A DNA stretch of 64,000 bases, taken from NCBI RefSeq assembly GCF_030684315.1, contig NC_081381.1, forward strand, positions 29,871,514-29,935,513, in the 5' to 3' direction. Below, piece after piece: positions 13,546 through 25,826 of the stretch (position 1 is the first letter of the stretch; each line of letters begins with the position of its first letter). The position numbers and the translations under genes are program-made. Origin of the DNA: Stegostoma tigrinum. Its lineage: Eukaryota. The notes beneath the pieces were generated by a model. The model ran no database searches. It saw only the letters and a program-made list of their open reading frames with translations, and was not told the origin of the DNA.

Positions 13546-14659
13546 TAGGAATTGAGACAGGTTAAAGAAGTGGGCAAAAACTTGGCAGATGGAGAATAAC
13601 GTGGGAAAATGTGACTTTACACACTTTAGCAAGAAGACCAGAAGAAATGAATATTATTTAAACAGAGAAAGACTGCAGAAAGCTGTAGCACAAAGGGATT
13701 TGTGCGGTCACTGTGCATGAATCACAAAAGCTAGCAGCCAAGTTCAGTGGGTTCGAGGAAAGCAAATGGAATGCTGGCTTTAAGAGTATAAAAGGTAGAC
13801 CGGTCTTACTACAACTTTATTACACATCCAGGATACTGCAAACAGTTTTTGTCCTTTTATCGAAGGAAAGATTCAAGGCAATCCAGGGAAAGTTCATGAG
13901 GTTGATTCCAGGTGTGGAAGGAGTTTCTGATGGAGGAGAGATTGAGTAGGTTGGGCTTAGACTCATTGGAATTTTAAAAACATTAGAAAAGAGCTTATTG
14001 ATAAAGGACTTTTACGGGACTTGATGAGAGATGCAGAGAGATTATTTTCCCTTAGAGCAGAGGGGAGAGAGAGTCTAGAATCGGAGGGCATCATCTCAAA
14101 GTTAGGGGTAACTCATTTAAGAAAGAGATAAAGAGGACTTACTTCTTTTTCAGAGGGTAATAAATCTGTGGAATTCTTCACTGCGGAGGGTTTGTTAAGG
14201 CTGGGTTGTTAAAGTATAGTCAAGGCTGAGACTGTCTTATTAATTAGAAATTAGTCTATCACAGGTAACAGGGCATACACATAAAGTGGAGTTGATAATT
14301 CTCAGATCAGCCATGATCTCATCGAATGATGGAGCAGAAACCGGCAGGCGGGATGGCCTACTTCTGTTCTTTACACTTTTAATGGTGGGCAGTCATTTCC
14401 ATTAGCTCTCCATGGTAACTGTTTTATGAAGAAGGTACAATGTGTGAATGAGTTTGTGCCATGTTGTTTTGAAGGTCTACCTACTCACATAGCCACTGTA
14501 TGTGGATGCAACCCTTGATCAAGGTCCTAAAACTAATTTAATCCTAAATCAAGAGAAATACATTTAAGAATGGCTGTTTGACCAGAAGCCTCACAGTTCA
14601 TCATGTGCCCATTCAAGCCGCTTCCTGACTGTAATTACTGTGTTGTCCCAATCGTACAG

Positions 14660-14946
14660 ATAAGACCATAAGACACAGGAGTGGAAGTAAGGCCATTCAG
14701 CCCTTCAAATCCACTCCGCCATTTAAATCATGGCTGATGGGCATTTCAACACCACTTCCCTGCACTCTCCCCATAACCCTTGATTCCTTCTGAGATCAAG
14801 AATTTGTCGATCTCTGCCTTGAAGGCATCCAACCTCCCGGCCTCCACGGCACTCTGCGGCAATGAATTCCACAAGCCCACCACTCTCTGGCTGAAGAAAT
14901 GTCGTCTCATTTCAGTTTTAAATTTACCCCCTCTAATTTTAAGGCT
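14660..14946 (-). mobile_element. Young CR1 3' end
   Basis: FFSQRVVGLWNSLPQSAVEA; ataagaccataagac tail. Confidence 0.85.
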
Positions 14947-15155
14947 GACTTCAAACCTCAAACTCGTCCGGGACAGTCCTGCCCCTTGCAGACTGTGACC
15001 TTGACTGGGAGTTAGGCATCTTGCCCAGTTCAACTACCCAATCTTTAGGAGACCCACACCGGTTAATACCGCCCTAAGTGGCCTGTCAGGGTTCCCTCGA
15101 ATGCCTAAGCCCAGTATGTGCGGACACCTCTGGGCTATCCCGCCTGCCGGTTTAC

Positions 15156-15266
15156 CGTCCTCATGTTCCGCTTCTTGAGTCTCCTGGCCTTGGTGGAGTA
15201 CAGGAAAGCTCTCCGCACCGCCCGCAAAGCAAGGCTGTAACATCGGTTCTTCCTGCCGCGGAAATG
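15156..15266 (-). CDS. MRPL20: MRPL20 exon 2 ([37 protein letters not shown])
   Basis: tttgttttcgcAG acceptor, 111 nt, GTAAAC donor; carries the bL20 signature [10 protein letters not shown]. Confidence 0.96.
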
Positions 15267-15436
15267 CTGCGAAAACAAAAAGACGACTCTCATGAAAATC
15301 GGGTCCCGGTGACACAGAAAAGGCCCAACACAGCCAAAGGCATTCGTAAAGCGGTCTCAGGTCCCGAACTGCAATCCGGTTCCCTCATCCACCCACTAGG
15401 CCAGGCTCCAATGTAGTTCTCGTTGGCCCCTCTCAC

Positions 15437-15523
15437 CCGGGCATGTTGTAGCACCTCCTGGACCCGCCAGTAGCGGTCGGGACCTCGGCTCCGGATCCAG
15501 CGGGACAACGACAGGAAAACCAT
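15437..15523 (-). CDS. MRPL20: Mitochondrial ribosomal protein L20, exon 1 (MVFLSLSRWIRSRGPDRYWRVQEVLQHAR)
   Basis: Matches the vertebrate MRPL20 N-terminus as recalled ([29 protein letters not shown]). 87 nt, then a GTGAGA donor; lies in a CpG-rich island. Confidence 0.96.
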
Positions 15524-15654
15524 GGGCAGCCCCGATACTCTTCCCTCTTCACCAAGCTCGGCCTCCTCCGGAACACCGGGCGCCTTCCAAGTCGGCAGTG
15601 GGCGGGACCTGGGCTCCTGTCTCCAACCCGCGGCCTGTTTAAGACCGCGTTACA

Positions 15655-15877
15655 CGTTCAGAATGCGGTGCGTCTGTTTTAGAATGTAGTGTGACTCTGT
15701 CAGAACGTTGTGTAACGCTCTCAGAACACAGTGCGTCTGTTTTAGAATGTGGTGTATCTATTTTAGAACGTTGTGCGTCGCCCTTAGAAGACTGTATTTG
15801 TTTTAGAATGCAGTGTATCTCACTTAGAACACGGTGTATCTGTTTTAGAATATAGTGTATCTCCCTTAGAATGTACA
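15655..15877. repeat. Degenerate 21-bp tandem repeat, about 10.5 copies (YAGAAYRYRGTGYRTCTNYYT)
   Basis: AGAA recurs every 21 nt (one unit is 19 nt), immediately upstream of the MRPL20 start. Confidence 0.85.
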
Positions 15878-17732
15878 GTTTAAAAACTTAATTACAGTCC
15901 TCTTGATATTTTAACAAAGTCAGTTGTTTCAGTAGAGTTCCAGATCCCTGTTTAAGCTCTCCTGGGGCCTTGAAAACCTTCTGGCCATATTGATGTTCTG
16001 CTTTGGAACCTGCACTAACCCCCTGTTGCAAGTTGATCCACTACAGCTACAACACTGGCGTTTCCCCACAATGTGAAAAATCGCCTGACTATGTTCCACT
16101 CACAAAAGGTAAGTCAAATCCAGCCTGAGAATTACCACCTCCATCGATTCTCCGTCTTCAACCAAGTGCTGGGAGGTGTCATTGACAGTGCTTGTTAAGC
16201 TGCATTTGCTTTTCTCCTCAGTAATGCTGAGTTTGTATTCCACCAGGTCCGCTGGCTCCTGACCTCATTAGAGCCTTGGCTCAAGATGAAGAAAAGAGCT
16301 CAATTCTGGAAGAGAGTTGAGAAGGATGGCCCTTGATGTCAAGACAACATTTCACTGAGTGTGACATCAAGGAGCTCCGGCGTAACTGGGGTCAGTGGGA
16401 ATCGGGAAGAAGCTTTCTGCTGGTTGGAGTCATACCTACCAGAAAGGAAGATAGTTGTGATTGTTGGAGGTCAATCATCTCAGCTCCAAAACTTCTCTTC
16501 AGGAGTCCCTTAGGCTTGACTCCTTGACTCAAACCGTCTCAGCTGTTTGATCAATGACCTTACTTCCATTGTAAGGTTAGAAATGGGGTTGCTGATTGTG
16601 CAGTCATGAATGTTCGGCACTGTTCATAAGTTCCCAGATATTGAGGTAGTCTGTGTTCGTATCCATCGAGGCCTGGATAATATCCATGCTTGGGACAATA
16701 ATAAGTAGTAAACATCAGGGCAGAAGCGCTTCAGCGGAGGCTGCATGGTGCTGGTGGTGTTGTCTGGCGGGGAGAAGGATTGTTTCCATGAAGACCGGTC
16801 AGCTTGGCGAGCCAACTAATAACTCCAGTGGCTTTTTGTCATTTACATACAGGATTTGGATGTGAATATAGCGGGTATGGTCACTAAGTTTGTAGATGAC
16901 ACCAAAACTGGAGGTGCAATTGACAGTGAAGACGGTCACCTCAGAGTACAATCGGATGTCGATCAGGTGGGCCAATGGGCCGAGGAGTGGCAGATGGAGT
17001 TTAATTTAGATAAATGTGAGGTGCTGCATTTTGGGAAGGCGAATCAGGGTAGGACCTATACACTTAACACAAGGTCCTGGGGAGTGTTGCTGAACAAAGG
17101 CACCTTGGAGTGCAAGTTCATTGTACCTTGAAAGTGGAGTCGGAGGTAGATAGAATAGTGAAGAAAAGGCGCTTTGTATGCTTGTCTTTATTGGTCAGTG
17201 CATTGAGTTTGGGAGTTGGAAGGTCATGTTGTGGCTGTACAGGACATTGGTTAGGCCACTTTTGGAATACAGTGTGCAATTCTAGTCTCCCTGCTATAGG
17301 AAGGATGTTGTGAAACTTGAAAAGGTTCAGAAAAGATTTACAAAGACGTTACTGGGGTTGGACGATTTGAGCAATAGGGAGAGGCTGAATAGACTGGGGC
17401 TATTTTCCCTGGAGCTTCAGAGAGTGAGGGGTGAATGTTATTGAGGTTTATAAAATAATGAGGGTCATGGATAGGGTAAATAGACAAGATCCTATCCCTG
17501 GGGTGAGGAGTCTGACACCGCAGAGTATAGATTTAGGATGAGAGGGGAAAGATTTGAAAGGGACCCCAATCTTTTTCACACAGAGGGTGGTGTGTGTAGG
17601 AAATGAGCTGTTGGAGGAAGTGGTGGAGGCTGGTACAATAACAACATTTAAAAGGCATCTGATTGGTTATATAAATAGGAAGTATTTGGAGGGACACAGC
17701 AGGCCAAGCAGCATCTCAGGAGCACAAAAGCT

Positions 17733-17760
17733 GACGTTTCGGGCCTAGACCCTTCATCAG
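17733..17760 (-). ncRNA. Minimal hammerhead ribozyme motif (PLE family A, inverted arm)
   Basis: Exact reverse complement of 19921-19948. Confidence 0.75.
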
Positions 17761-19920
17761 AGAGGGGGATGGGGAGAGGGAACTGGAATAAATAGGGAGA
17801 GAGGGGGAGGCGGACCGAAGATGGAGAGTAAAGAAGATAGGTGGAGAGAGTATAGGTGGGGAGGTAGGGAGGGGATAGGTCAGTCCAGGGAAGACGGACC
17901 GGTCAAGGAGGTGGGATGAGGTTAGTAGGTAGCTGGGGGTGCGGCTTGGGGTGGGAGGAAGCGATGGGTGAGAGGAAGAACTGGTTAGGGAGGCAGAGAC
18001 AGGTTGGACTGGTTTTGGGATGCAGTGGGTGGGGGGGAAGAGCTGGGCTGGTTGTGTGGTGCAGTGGGGGGAGGGGACGAACTGGGCAGGTTTAGGGATG
18101 CAGTAGGGGAAGGGGAGATTTTGAAACTGGTGAAGTCCACATTGATACCATATGGCTGCAGGGTTCCCAGGCGGAATATGAGTTGCTGTTCCTGCAACCT
18201 TCGGGTGGCATCATTGTGGCAGTGCAGGAGGCCCAAGGTGGACATGTCATCTAGAGAATGGGAGGGGGAGTGGAAATGGTTTGCGACTGGCAGGTGCAGT
18301 TGTTTGTTGCGAACTGAGCGGAGGTGTTCTGCAAAGCGGTCCCCAAGCCTCCGCTTGGTTTCCCCAATGTAGAGGAAGCCGCACCGGGTACAGTGGATGC
18401 AGTATACCACATGCTATGCCTGCCTCTTTGTAGGTTACGTGGAACAGTCCCTCTTCCGCACCTACACAGGCCCCAAACCCCACCTCTTCCTCCGGTAAAA
18501 CATTGATGACTGTATCGGCGCCGCCTCTTGCTCCCCAGAGGAGCTCGAACAGCTCATCCACTTCACCAACACCTTCCACCCCAACCTTCAGTTCACCTGG
18601 ACCATCTCCAGCACATCCCTCACCTTCCTGGACCTCTCAGTCTCAATCTCAGGCAACCAGCTTGTAACTGATGTCCATTTCAAGCCCACCGACTCCCACA
18701 GCTACCTAGAATACACCTCCTCCCACCCACCCTCCTGCAAAAATTCTATCCCCTATTCCCAATTCCTCCGCCTCCGCCGCATCTGCTCCCACGATAAGAC
18801 ATTCCACTCCCGCACATCCCAGATGTCCAAGTTCTTTAAGGACCGCAACTTTCCCCCCACAGTGATCGAGAACGCCCTTGACCGCGTCTCCCGCATTTCC
18901 CGCAACACATCCCTCACACCCCGCCCCCGCCACAACCGCCCTAAGAGGATCCCCCTCATTCTCACACACCACCCTACTAACCTCCGGATACAACGCATCA
19001 TCCTCCGATACTTCCGCCATTTACAATCCGACCCCACCACCCAAGACATTTTTCCATCCCCTCCCCTGTCTGCTTTCCGGAGAGACCACTCTCTCCGTGA
19101 CTCCCTTGTTCGCTCCACACTGCCCTCCAACCCCACCACACCCGGCACCTTCCCCTGCAACCGCAGGAAATGCTACACTTGTCCCCACACCTCCTCCCTC
19201 ACCCCTATCCCAGGCCCCAAGATGACATTCCACATTAAGCAGAGGTTCACCTGCACATCTGCCAATGTGGTATACTGCATCCACTGTACCCGGTGCGGCT
19301 TCCTCTACATTGGGGAAACCAAGCGGAGGCTTGGGGACCGCTTTGCAGAACACCTCCGCTTAGTTCGCAACAAACAACTGCACCTCCCAGTCGCAAACCA
19401 TTTCCACTCCCCCTCCCATTCTCTAGGTGACATGTCCATCATGGGCCTCCTGCACTGCCACAATGATGCCACCCGAAGGTTGCAGGAACAGCAACTCATA
19501 TTCCGCCAGGGAACCCTGCAGCCATATGGTATCAATGTGGACTTCACCAGTTTCAAAATCTCCCCTTCCCCTACTGCATCCCTAAACCAGCCCAGTTCGT
19601 CCCCTCCCCCCACTGCACCACACAACCAGCCCAGCTCTTCCCCCCCCACCCACTGCATCCCAAAACCAGTCCAACCTGTCTCTGCCTCCCTAACCGGTTC
19701 TTCCTCTCACCCATCCCTTCCTCCCACCCCAAGCTGCACCTCCATCTCCGACCTACTAACCTCATCCCACCTCCTTGACCTGTCCGTCTTCCCTGGACTG
19801 ACCTATCCCCTCCCTACCTGCCCACCTACACTCTCTCCACCTATCTTCTTTACTCTCCATCTTCGGTCCGCCTCCCCCTCTCTCCCTATTTATTCCAGTT
19901 CCCTCTCCCCATCCCCCTCT

Positions 19921-19948
19921 CTGATGAAGGGTCTAGGCCCGAAACGTC
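19921..19948 (+). ncRNA. Minimal type-I hammerhead ribozyme motif (PLE family A)
   Basis: CTGATGA-A-GGGTCTAGGCCC-GAAA-CGTC: conserved core, stem II, and palindromic ACGT in place of stem III. Confidence 0.75.
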
Positions 19949-21859
19949 AGCTTTTGTGCTCCTGAGATGCTGCTTGGCCTGCTGTGTTCATCCAGCCTCA
20001 CATTTTATTATCTTGGAATTCTCCAGCATCTGCAGTTCCCATTATCTCTGATAGTATTTGGAGGGATATGGACCAATTGCTGACAAATGGGACTAGATTA
20101 ATTTAGGATATCTGGTCAGCATAGACGAGTTGGACCGAAGTGTCTGTTTCTGTGTTATGCAGCTCTGTCTCTGACTGTATCACTACACAAGTGACAGGCA
20201 ATTACTGTCTTCAACAAGAGAGAATCTAACCGTCTCCTCTTGACATTCAGTGGCATTACAATTGCTGAATCCTCCATTTTTAACATCCTGGAGGTTACCT
20301 TTGATTACTAACCAAACTGGACCAGCCACATAAATGTTGTGGCTACAACAACAGGTCAGGAGCTGGGAAGTTTAAGGCATATAACTCATCTCCTGAATCT
20401 TTAACGTTCACAATGTACAAGACAGAGTTCAAGAGCAGATGAGGGCAGCTGTAACAACACGCAAGGAGATTGACACCATCCAGGACAATGCAGCCTGCTC
20501 GACTGGCATCACATTTACCAACTTTAACATTCACTTCCTCCACCATCAGCACCAAGTGGCAGCTGTGTGTACCATTGCTAAGGTGCACTGCAAGAACTCA
20601 CCTTGACTTCTTTGACAGCACCTTCCAACTCGTGACCTCTACCACCCAGAAGAACAAGGGAAGCACCACCACTTGCAAATTCCCCTCCACTGTTGTGTTA
20701 AAATCCTGGAACTCCCTTCCCACTTGTACTGTTGATATACTTACGTCTTAAGAACTGCAATGGTTCAAGAAGGAAGTCCACTACCACCTTCTCCAGGGCA
20801 ATAGATAATGGTCTGGCCAGCCATGCCTACTTTCCTGAAAGAATTTTTAAAAATGGGTGTGCTTCCTTTTTAAAATAAAAGCTAAAAATCTCTCTGTGTA
20901 ATAAGCAGAGTGACCAACTCTTGAATTAAATGAGGAGACAAGTTGGTTTGGAAATGGACGGCAGAACAAAAACAGTGCCATCTGTCAGTTTGGAAGCAGA
21001 CCTCCCAAGATGCTGCTTTGGGAAGACCTGACCGGCAACATCAGAGAAAAAGCCAAAATGTGGAATGGTCCCAGAAAATCTGGTACAGTTAGTTGTTCAG
21101 CCTGTAGTTTCAGTTCCCGCTCTCTAAATTTTACATTAAACATGTATTTGTTGTCTTGATCTTAACTGGCTCAAAAATCCCCAAACTGTTGCTAGTTCCT
21201 AACTTATAGAAGTAAGCCTTTCAACTTAACTTCTGCCTGTTGCATCTTGCCATGAGTTTGCCACCCTTCCTGACTCTATCCCTCATGCCTCTCTGGACTC
21301 TCCTGCTTGCCACCTTTGTCACCCCTCCCCCTCTCTGTGGTCCCACTTGTCTCTCCTCCTGTTGTCCCTCCTAACTTTGCCTTTGCTACTGCTCTTCACT
21401 CTCCCCCTCACTGTTCCGTCCATTTGCTGATTCTCCCCTTCACTGACTCTCCCAAGTCTCCCACTTACAGCCTCTCCTCCTGAGATGTCAGTGCTTCTCT
21501 CGTTCTGGCCTCTTCTGCAAACCTCACTCCCCACCCCCCAGTATTAGTGGCTGTATTTTCAGCTGCTAATATCTTAAGCTCTGGAACTCCATCACTAAAG
21601 TTTTCTGCTTTAAGTCTACCTTTTTGACCAAGCTACCAAAATGTCTCTACATGTAGCTCCTGCAAAGTTCTTGGAGATGTTTTACATGTGCACAGGAAAT
21701 ACAAGTTGTTGTTATTAAGCCAACACTGTTACAACTATCAAGTGATCATTCATTTTAGAAAATATGTATTGGTCACAGTAAACCTAAAGTCATACACATA
21801 TTCATACCCATAAATTACACATTTTTAAATCTAGATGTATATAAAATATTTAGATCTTT

Positions 21860-23021
21860 TGGATGTGAGTTTGTTCGCTGAGCTGGAAGGTTAGTTTTCA
21901 GACGTTTCGTCACTATTCTAGGTAACAGCATCAGTGAGCCTCCGACGAAGCGCTGGTGTTATGTCCCGCTTTCTGTTTATCTGGTTAGGTTTCCTTGGGT
22001 TGGTGATGTCATTTCCTGTTCTTTTTCTCAGGGGATGGTAGATTGGCTCCAAATCAATGTGTTTGTTGATCGAGTTCCGGTTGGAATGCCATGCTTCTAG
22101 GAATTCTCGTGCGTGTCTCTGTTTGGCTTGTCCTAGGATGGATGTGTTGTCCCAATCAAAGTGGTATCCTTCCTCATCTGTATGTAAGGATACGAGTGAT
22201 AGTGGGTCATGTCGTTTTGTGGCTAGTTGATGTTCATGTATCCTGGTGGCTAGCTTTCTGCCTGTTTGTCCAATGTAGTGTTTGTCACAGTTCTTGCAAG
22301 GTATTTTGTAGATGACATTCGTTTTATTTGTTGTCTGTATAGGGTCTTTTAAGTTCATTAGCTGCTGTTTTAGTGTGTTGGTGGGTTTGTGGGCTACCCT
22401 GATGCCAAGGGGTCCGAGTAGTCTGGCAGTCATTTCAGAAATGTCTTTGATGTAGGGGAGAGTGGTTACGGTTTCTGAGCCCGTTTTGTCTGTTTGTTTG
22501 GGTTTGTTGCTGAGAAATCGGCGGACTGTGTCCATAGGGTACCCATTCTTTTTGAATACGCTGTATAGGTGATTTTCAAACTGGCAGAAAGCTAGCCACC
22601 AGGATACATGAACATCAACTAGCCACAAAACGACATGACCCACTATCACTCGTATCCTTACATACAGATAAGGAAGGACACCACTTTGATTGGGACAACA
22701 CATCCATCCTAGGACAAGCCAAACAGAGACATGTACGAGAATTCCTAGAAGCATGGCATTCCAAACGGAACTCCATCAACAAACACATTGATTTGGAGCC
22801 AATCTACCATCCTCTGAGAAAAAGAACAGGAAATGACATCACCAACCCAAGGAAACCTAACCAGATAAATAGAAAGCGGGACATAACACCAGCGCTTCGT
22901 TGGAGGCTCACTGATGATGTTACCTAGAATGGTGATGAAACGTCTGAAAACTAACCTTCCAGCTCAGCGAGCAAACTCACATCCAGAACCTCAACCTGAG
23001 CTACAAATCTTCTCAAAACTC
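21860..23021 (-). mobile_element. Penelope/Poseidon-like PLE fold-back insertion (minus arm 21860-22577, plus arm about 22577-23021) with 12-bp TSD
   Basis: NVIYKIPCKNCDKHYIGQTGRKLATRIHEH GIY-YIG; arms are reverse complements; TSD ATTTAGATCTTT at 21848-21859 and 23022-23033. Confidence 0.92.
22908..22947 (+). ncRNA. Minimal hammerhead ribozyme motif (PLE family B)
   Basis: Same as 34561-34600 with a G-U pair in stem II. The inverted copy at 21901-21934 has a core mutation (CTGATGC). Confidence 0.75.
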
Positions 23022-23359
23022 ATTTAGATCTTTCTTGATCCTTTGCACCATCCAAAGCACACAACTTAGTTTTGAAATCCTATTTTGTACTGGAGCTGTA
23101 AATAATGGCTTGTCTTAATCTTCCTGTCATAATTTCTCTACGATTAGATATTTAAGTCTTTTACATGTTGAATTCCATTGAAACTTCAACTGTGAAATCA
23201 AAGTGAGAAGGCTTCATATCAGCTTAGTTTTACTCTCAGTTAGTTTGGTGCTGAAAACCTTATCTATGTTATCTGTACCTTTCACTATTTCAACACACTC
23301 CTGGCTGGTCACATTGAACCCTCTTGAAAATTTGAGAACACCTAAATCTCTTTTGCCCT

Positions 23360-23765
23360 TGTAGCAAACCCCATTTCCCCTGGTGCTCGCTGACCTACAT
23401 TGGTCAAACAATGTCTTGATTTGAAATTTCTGTACGGCCTTGCACCCCTCCCTCCAAATAAGGTCTCTATAATCTCTAACCCCACAAATTTCCAGGATAT
23501 CTATGCTCCTGTAGTTCTGGCCTAACGTTTATTCCCAATTACAATTGCTCTACTATTGGTGCAGTCCTTTCATTGTCTTGGTCCTGATCTCAGGAATATC
23601 TTCTCCACACCTCCCTGTCCCACTCTCCTTTTTAAAGACATTAAATAAAACCTCTGTCTTTCACCAAGCTTTTTATGCTGTCTCTTTAAGTTGCTGGCTG
23701 TCATTGTTCTCGCGCTCCTGCGAAGCACCTTGGGACATTTCATTATCTTAAAAGTGTCATATAAA
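23360..23765 (+). mobile_element. L2-like LINE 3' end (related remnant at about 21545-21700)
   Basis: gtgctcgctgacctacattgg..aaaacctctgtctttcaccaagctttt, typical of L2 termini. Confidence 0.55.
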
Positions 23766-25826
23766 TATGAATAAAAACAAAAACAGAAGTTGCTGGAGAA
23801 ACTGTGTCCAATGACCTTTCATCAAATCAATATAAATATAAGTTATTGTAGGAAGTATAAGAGCCAATAGTGAAATCAATTCAAATTCTGCAGGTACTTG
23901 GTACTGCCTGACTGGAAAGGTACAAGAATACAAATACACAGTCAACTCCAAGAAAACGTTTTACAATTTTATTCATTACTCAATGTAAGGAATAGAGTGA
24001 TCTGGCATTTTAGTTATTGTTATAAACCCCTGACCTGACCTAGAAAATAAGCAGCCCCTTGAATGTTGCTCCCCAGTTCATAACACAAAAAATAAACAGC
24101 CTGCTGCACTAAATAAGCTTTCCCACAAAAAGAACATGAATGAAAACCTTGGAATTACTTTCATGTTCCTGCATCACTTCTGGTTCCTCTCAGTATAAAC
24201 TGTCTTCTCAAATGCAGTGAGTTCCAAGTGTGCGAGGGTTAATGTTCACTGCTACACTAATGAGGGAACTTTACACAACATTTTTTTGTGTGTATGTTAG
24301 TTTCTACAGGCAATCTCCAGGCTTGGTTTGTCGCTGGGAGCTGGGGTCATGAAGGAGAAAGAGTAATGATTGTTTTAGTGTGGTCTTTCTACATTTCCAA
24401 AGGCTATTTTAAAATGGCTGCCAAAACCCCATCCAGCGTGACAAGTGTGGAGTAGGAAATGGACTTTGAAAGCAAGTGATGAAGTAACACAACATTTAAG
24501 TTCTTCATTTGGTTGGAAGGAAGAGAGTGCTGCCTTGTTTGCTGCACTGCAAGATACTACAGCAGTTTGACTGGCAAGATATAACTCCAAACCTAATGCA
24601 TTTGTACACAGCTGAATTAATAACAGATACGGAAGTCAACACACCCTACAATTTAATTTACAAGATTCATGGCCTTTTTAGACACATTACAAAGTGTTTG
24701 CTGGCTGTGTATTTACTGCCAATATCAATTACACAAGCTTGTAGTTCTTTCATTGCTGACCATATATCTCCACAAGGCATGTAGTGTGACTAATGTAAAA
24801 TCAGATGATGTGGCACACTTTACACCTAAATTCTTATTTCACATATGAACTTGTTGTAAAACAAGTGGATTGGCCATGCTGAACTGCCCTGTAGTGTGGG
24901 AGATGGGCAAGTCAGGTGGGTTAGCCATGGGAAATGCAGCGTTACAGGGATGGGGTGGCTCTAGTTACAGTGTCCTTTGGTGTGTCAATGTGGACTCGAT
25001 GGGCTGAATGTCCTGTTCTGCATTGTGGGGATTCTGTGATTCTAACTCACTGCCTCCGAGGTGGGCATTGGAAGCAGAGACAATGATATCAAAAAGAAAT
25101 CAGAGGAAATGGTCTTGATGATCCAAATGGCCTCTGTCTGTTCCATTATGACTCGATGTGAAGATGCTTCTGCTGACACCAACAGTGGGGTCAGACCTCA
25201 GTTGTAAGAAGGATGTATCTCAGAGGCTGCTCCACATGAGTTTGAGGGAACAGCACTAGGTAAGTTGAAGGAGAAGGGTGAGAAGGAACAGGGTGCAGAA
25301 GAGGTGAATGCACCTGCATTTTGACATCAAGCAAGTTCAGAAACACAACGGTGGCATTGACACTCGACAGGGAAGGAACATCCCATTCCTTCTTCAAGAG
25401 AAAGGATCCTTCAGCAGATAACAGCTCAAGTGGAAGTCATTTTAATCATCTAGACTCTGAGAAGCCCTCACTCGTGCCAAAAATCATCAGACCGCCCTGC
25501 TTTCTTCCAATGAGCTCATCACAAACTTTACTCTGTCGCAATGGTGCCTAGTTGCATTGGGGTGAGACTCCATTCAATGGTGAGTGTGGACTATTTAGGA
25601 CAAGGTGTGTTGCACTGAGGAATGTGATACAAGGGCCAGTGGTGTAGAAGCTATGTAGCTGTACACGATGGTGCATTACACAAGGTGTCTGTATTCAATC
25701 TATGCTACTGAGGACTACACAGGGAAGAGTATGATTGCGTACAAGGTATAGCATTGTACACAGTACAATGGATTTTTAAAGGGGTACAGAGTGTGACGTT
25801 TTTAGTATAAAACCAGAAGCTAGTTA

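Larger units (their letters stand above)
11770..14380 (+). mobile_element. Old degenerate CR1 in MRPL20 intron 2, interrupted by an antisense CR1 end (12573-12805) and the PLE fragment
   Basis: NSKNFYKFIK..MAKQLNKYFASVFT; PGPDGLHP-like sequence. Confidence 0.7.
15040..15660 (-). promoter_or_regulatory. CpG island / promoter of MRPL20 with GC box
   Basis: Dense CpG around exons 1-2; TGGGCGGGA GC box at about 15599-15608. Confidence 0.7.
17695..20052 (+). mobile_element. Penelope-like element (Neptune-like), 5'-truncated, with inverted 3'-end copy (17695-18412, minus) and 14-bp TSD
   Basis: The plus arm encodes the RT C-terminal half (FLR*NIDD, SIPYSQFLRLRRIC), a Cys linker (CNRRKCYTC) and GIY-YIG (VVYCIHCTRCGFLYIGETKRRLGDRFAEH). 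TSD AGTATTTGGAGGGA at 17681-17694 and 20053-20066. Confidence 0.92.
16850..20170 (+). mobile_element. CR1 3' region interrupted by the PLE (parts 16850-17694 and 20053-20170)
   Basis: KFVDDTKTGG..WAEEWQMEFNLDKC; the 3' UTR resumes after the PLE TSD. Confidence 0.85.
16040..20850 (+). mobile_element. Older LINE (CR1/L2 group, distinct family) split by the CR1+PLE (parts at about 16040-16720 and 20185-20850); related copy at about 52560-54300
   Basis: Degenerate RT-like nucleotide similarity to 53150-54300 (e.g. aagagagaatctaacc, ..actggaccag.cataa). Confidence 0.55.

Noticed and set aside
15034-15416. ORFs 15034-15315 (-) and 15078-15416 (+)
   Set aside because: Alternative frames or antisense of MRPL20 exon 2 within a GC-rich island.
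18823-19965. 380-aa ORF as a host gene or domesticated nuclease
   Set aside because: It is the truncated PLE RT-thumb/GIY-YIG. The upstream catalytic motif has a stop, the C-terminus is frameshifted into the UTR, and it is flanked by TSDs.
21918-22754. 278-aa ORF with a hydrophobic N-terminus
   Set aside because: Chimeric: the N-terminal part is the antisense of the inverted arm read across the fold-back junction.
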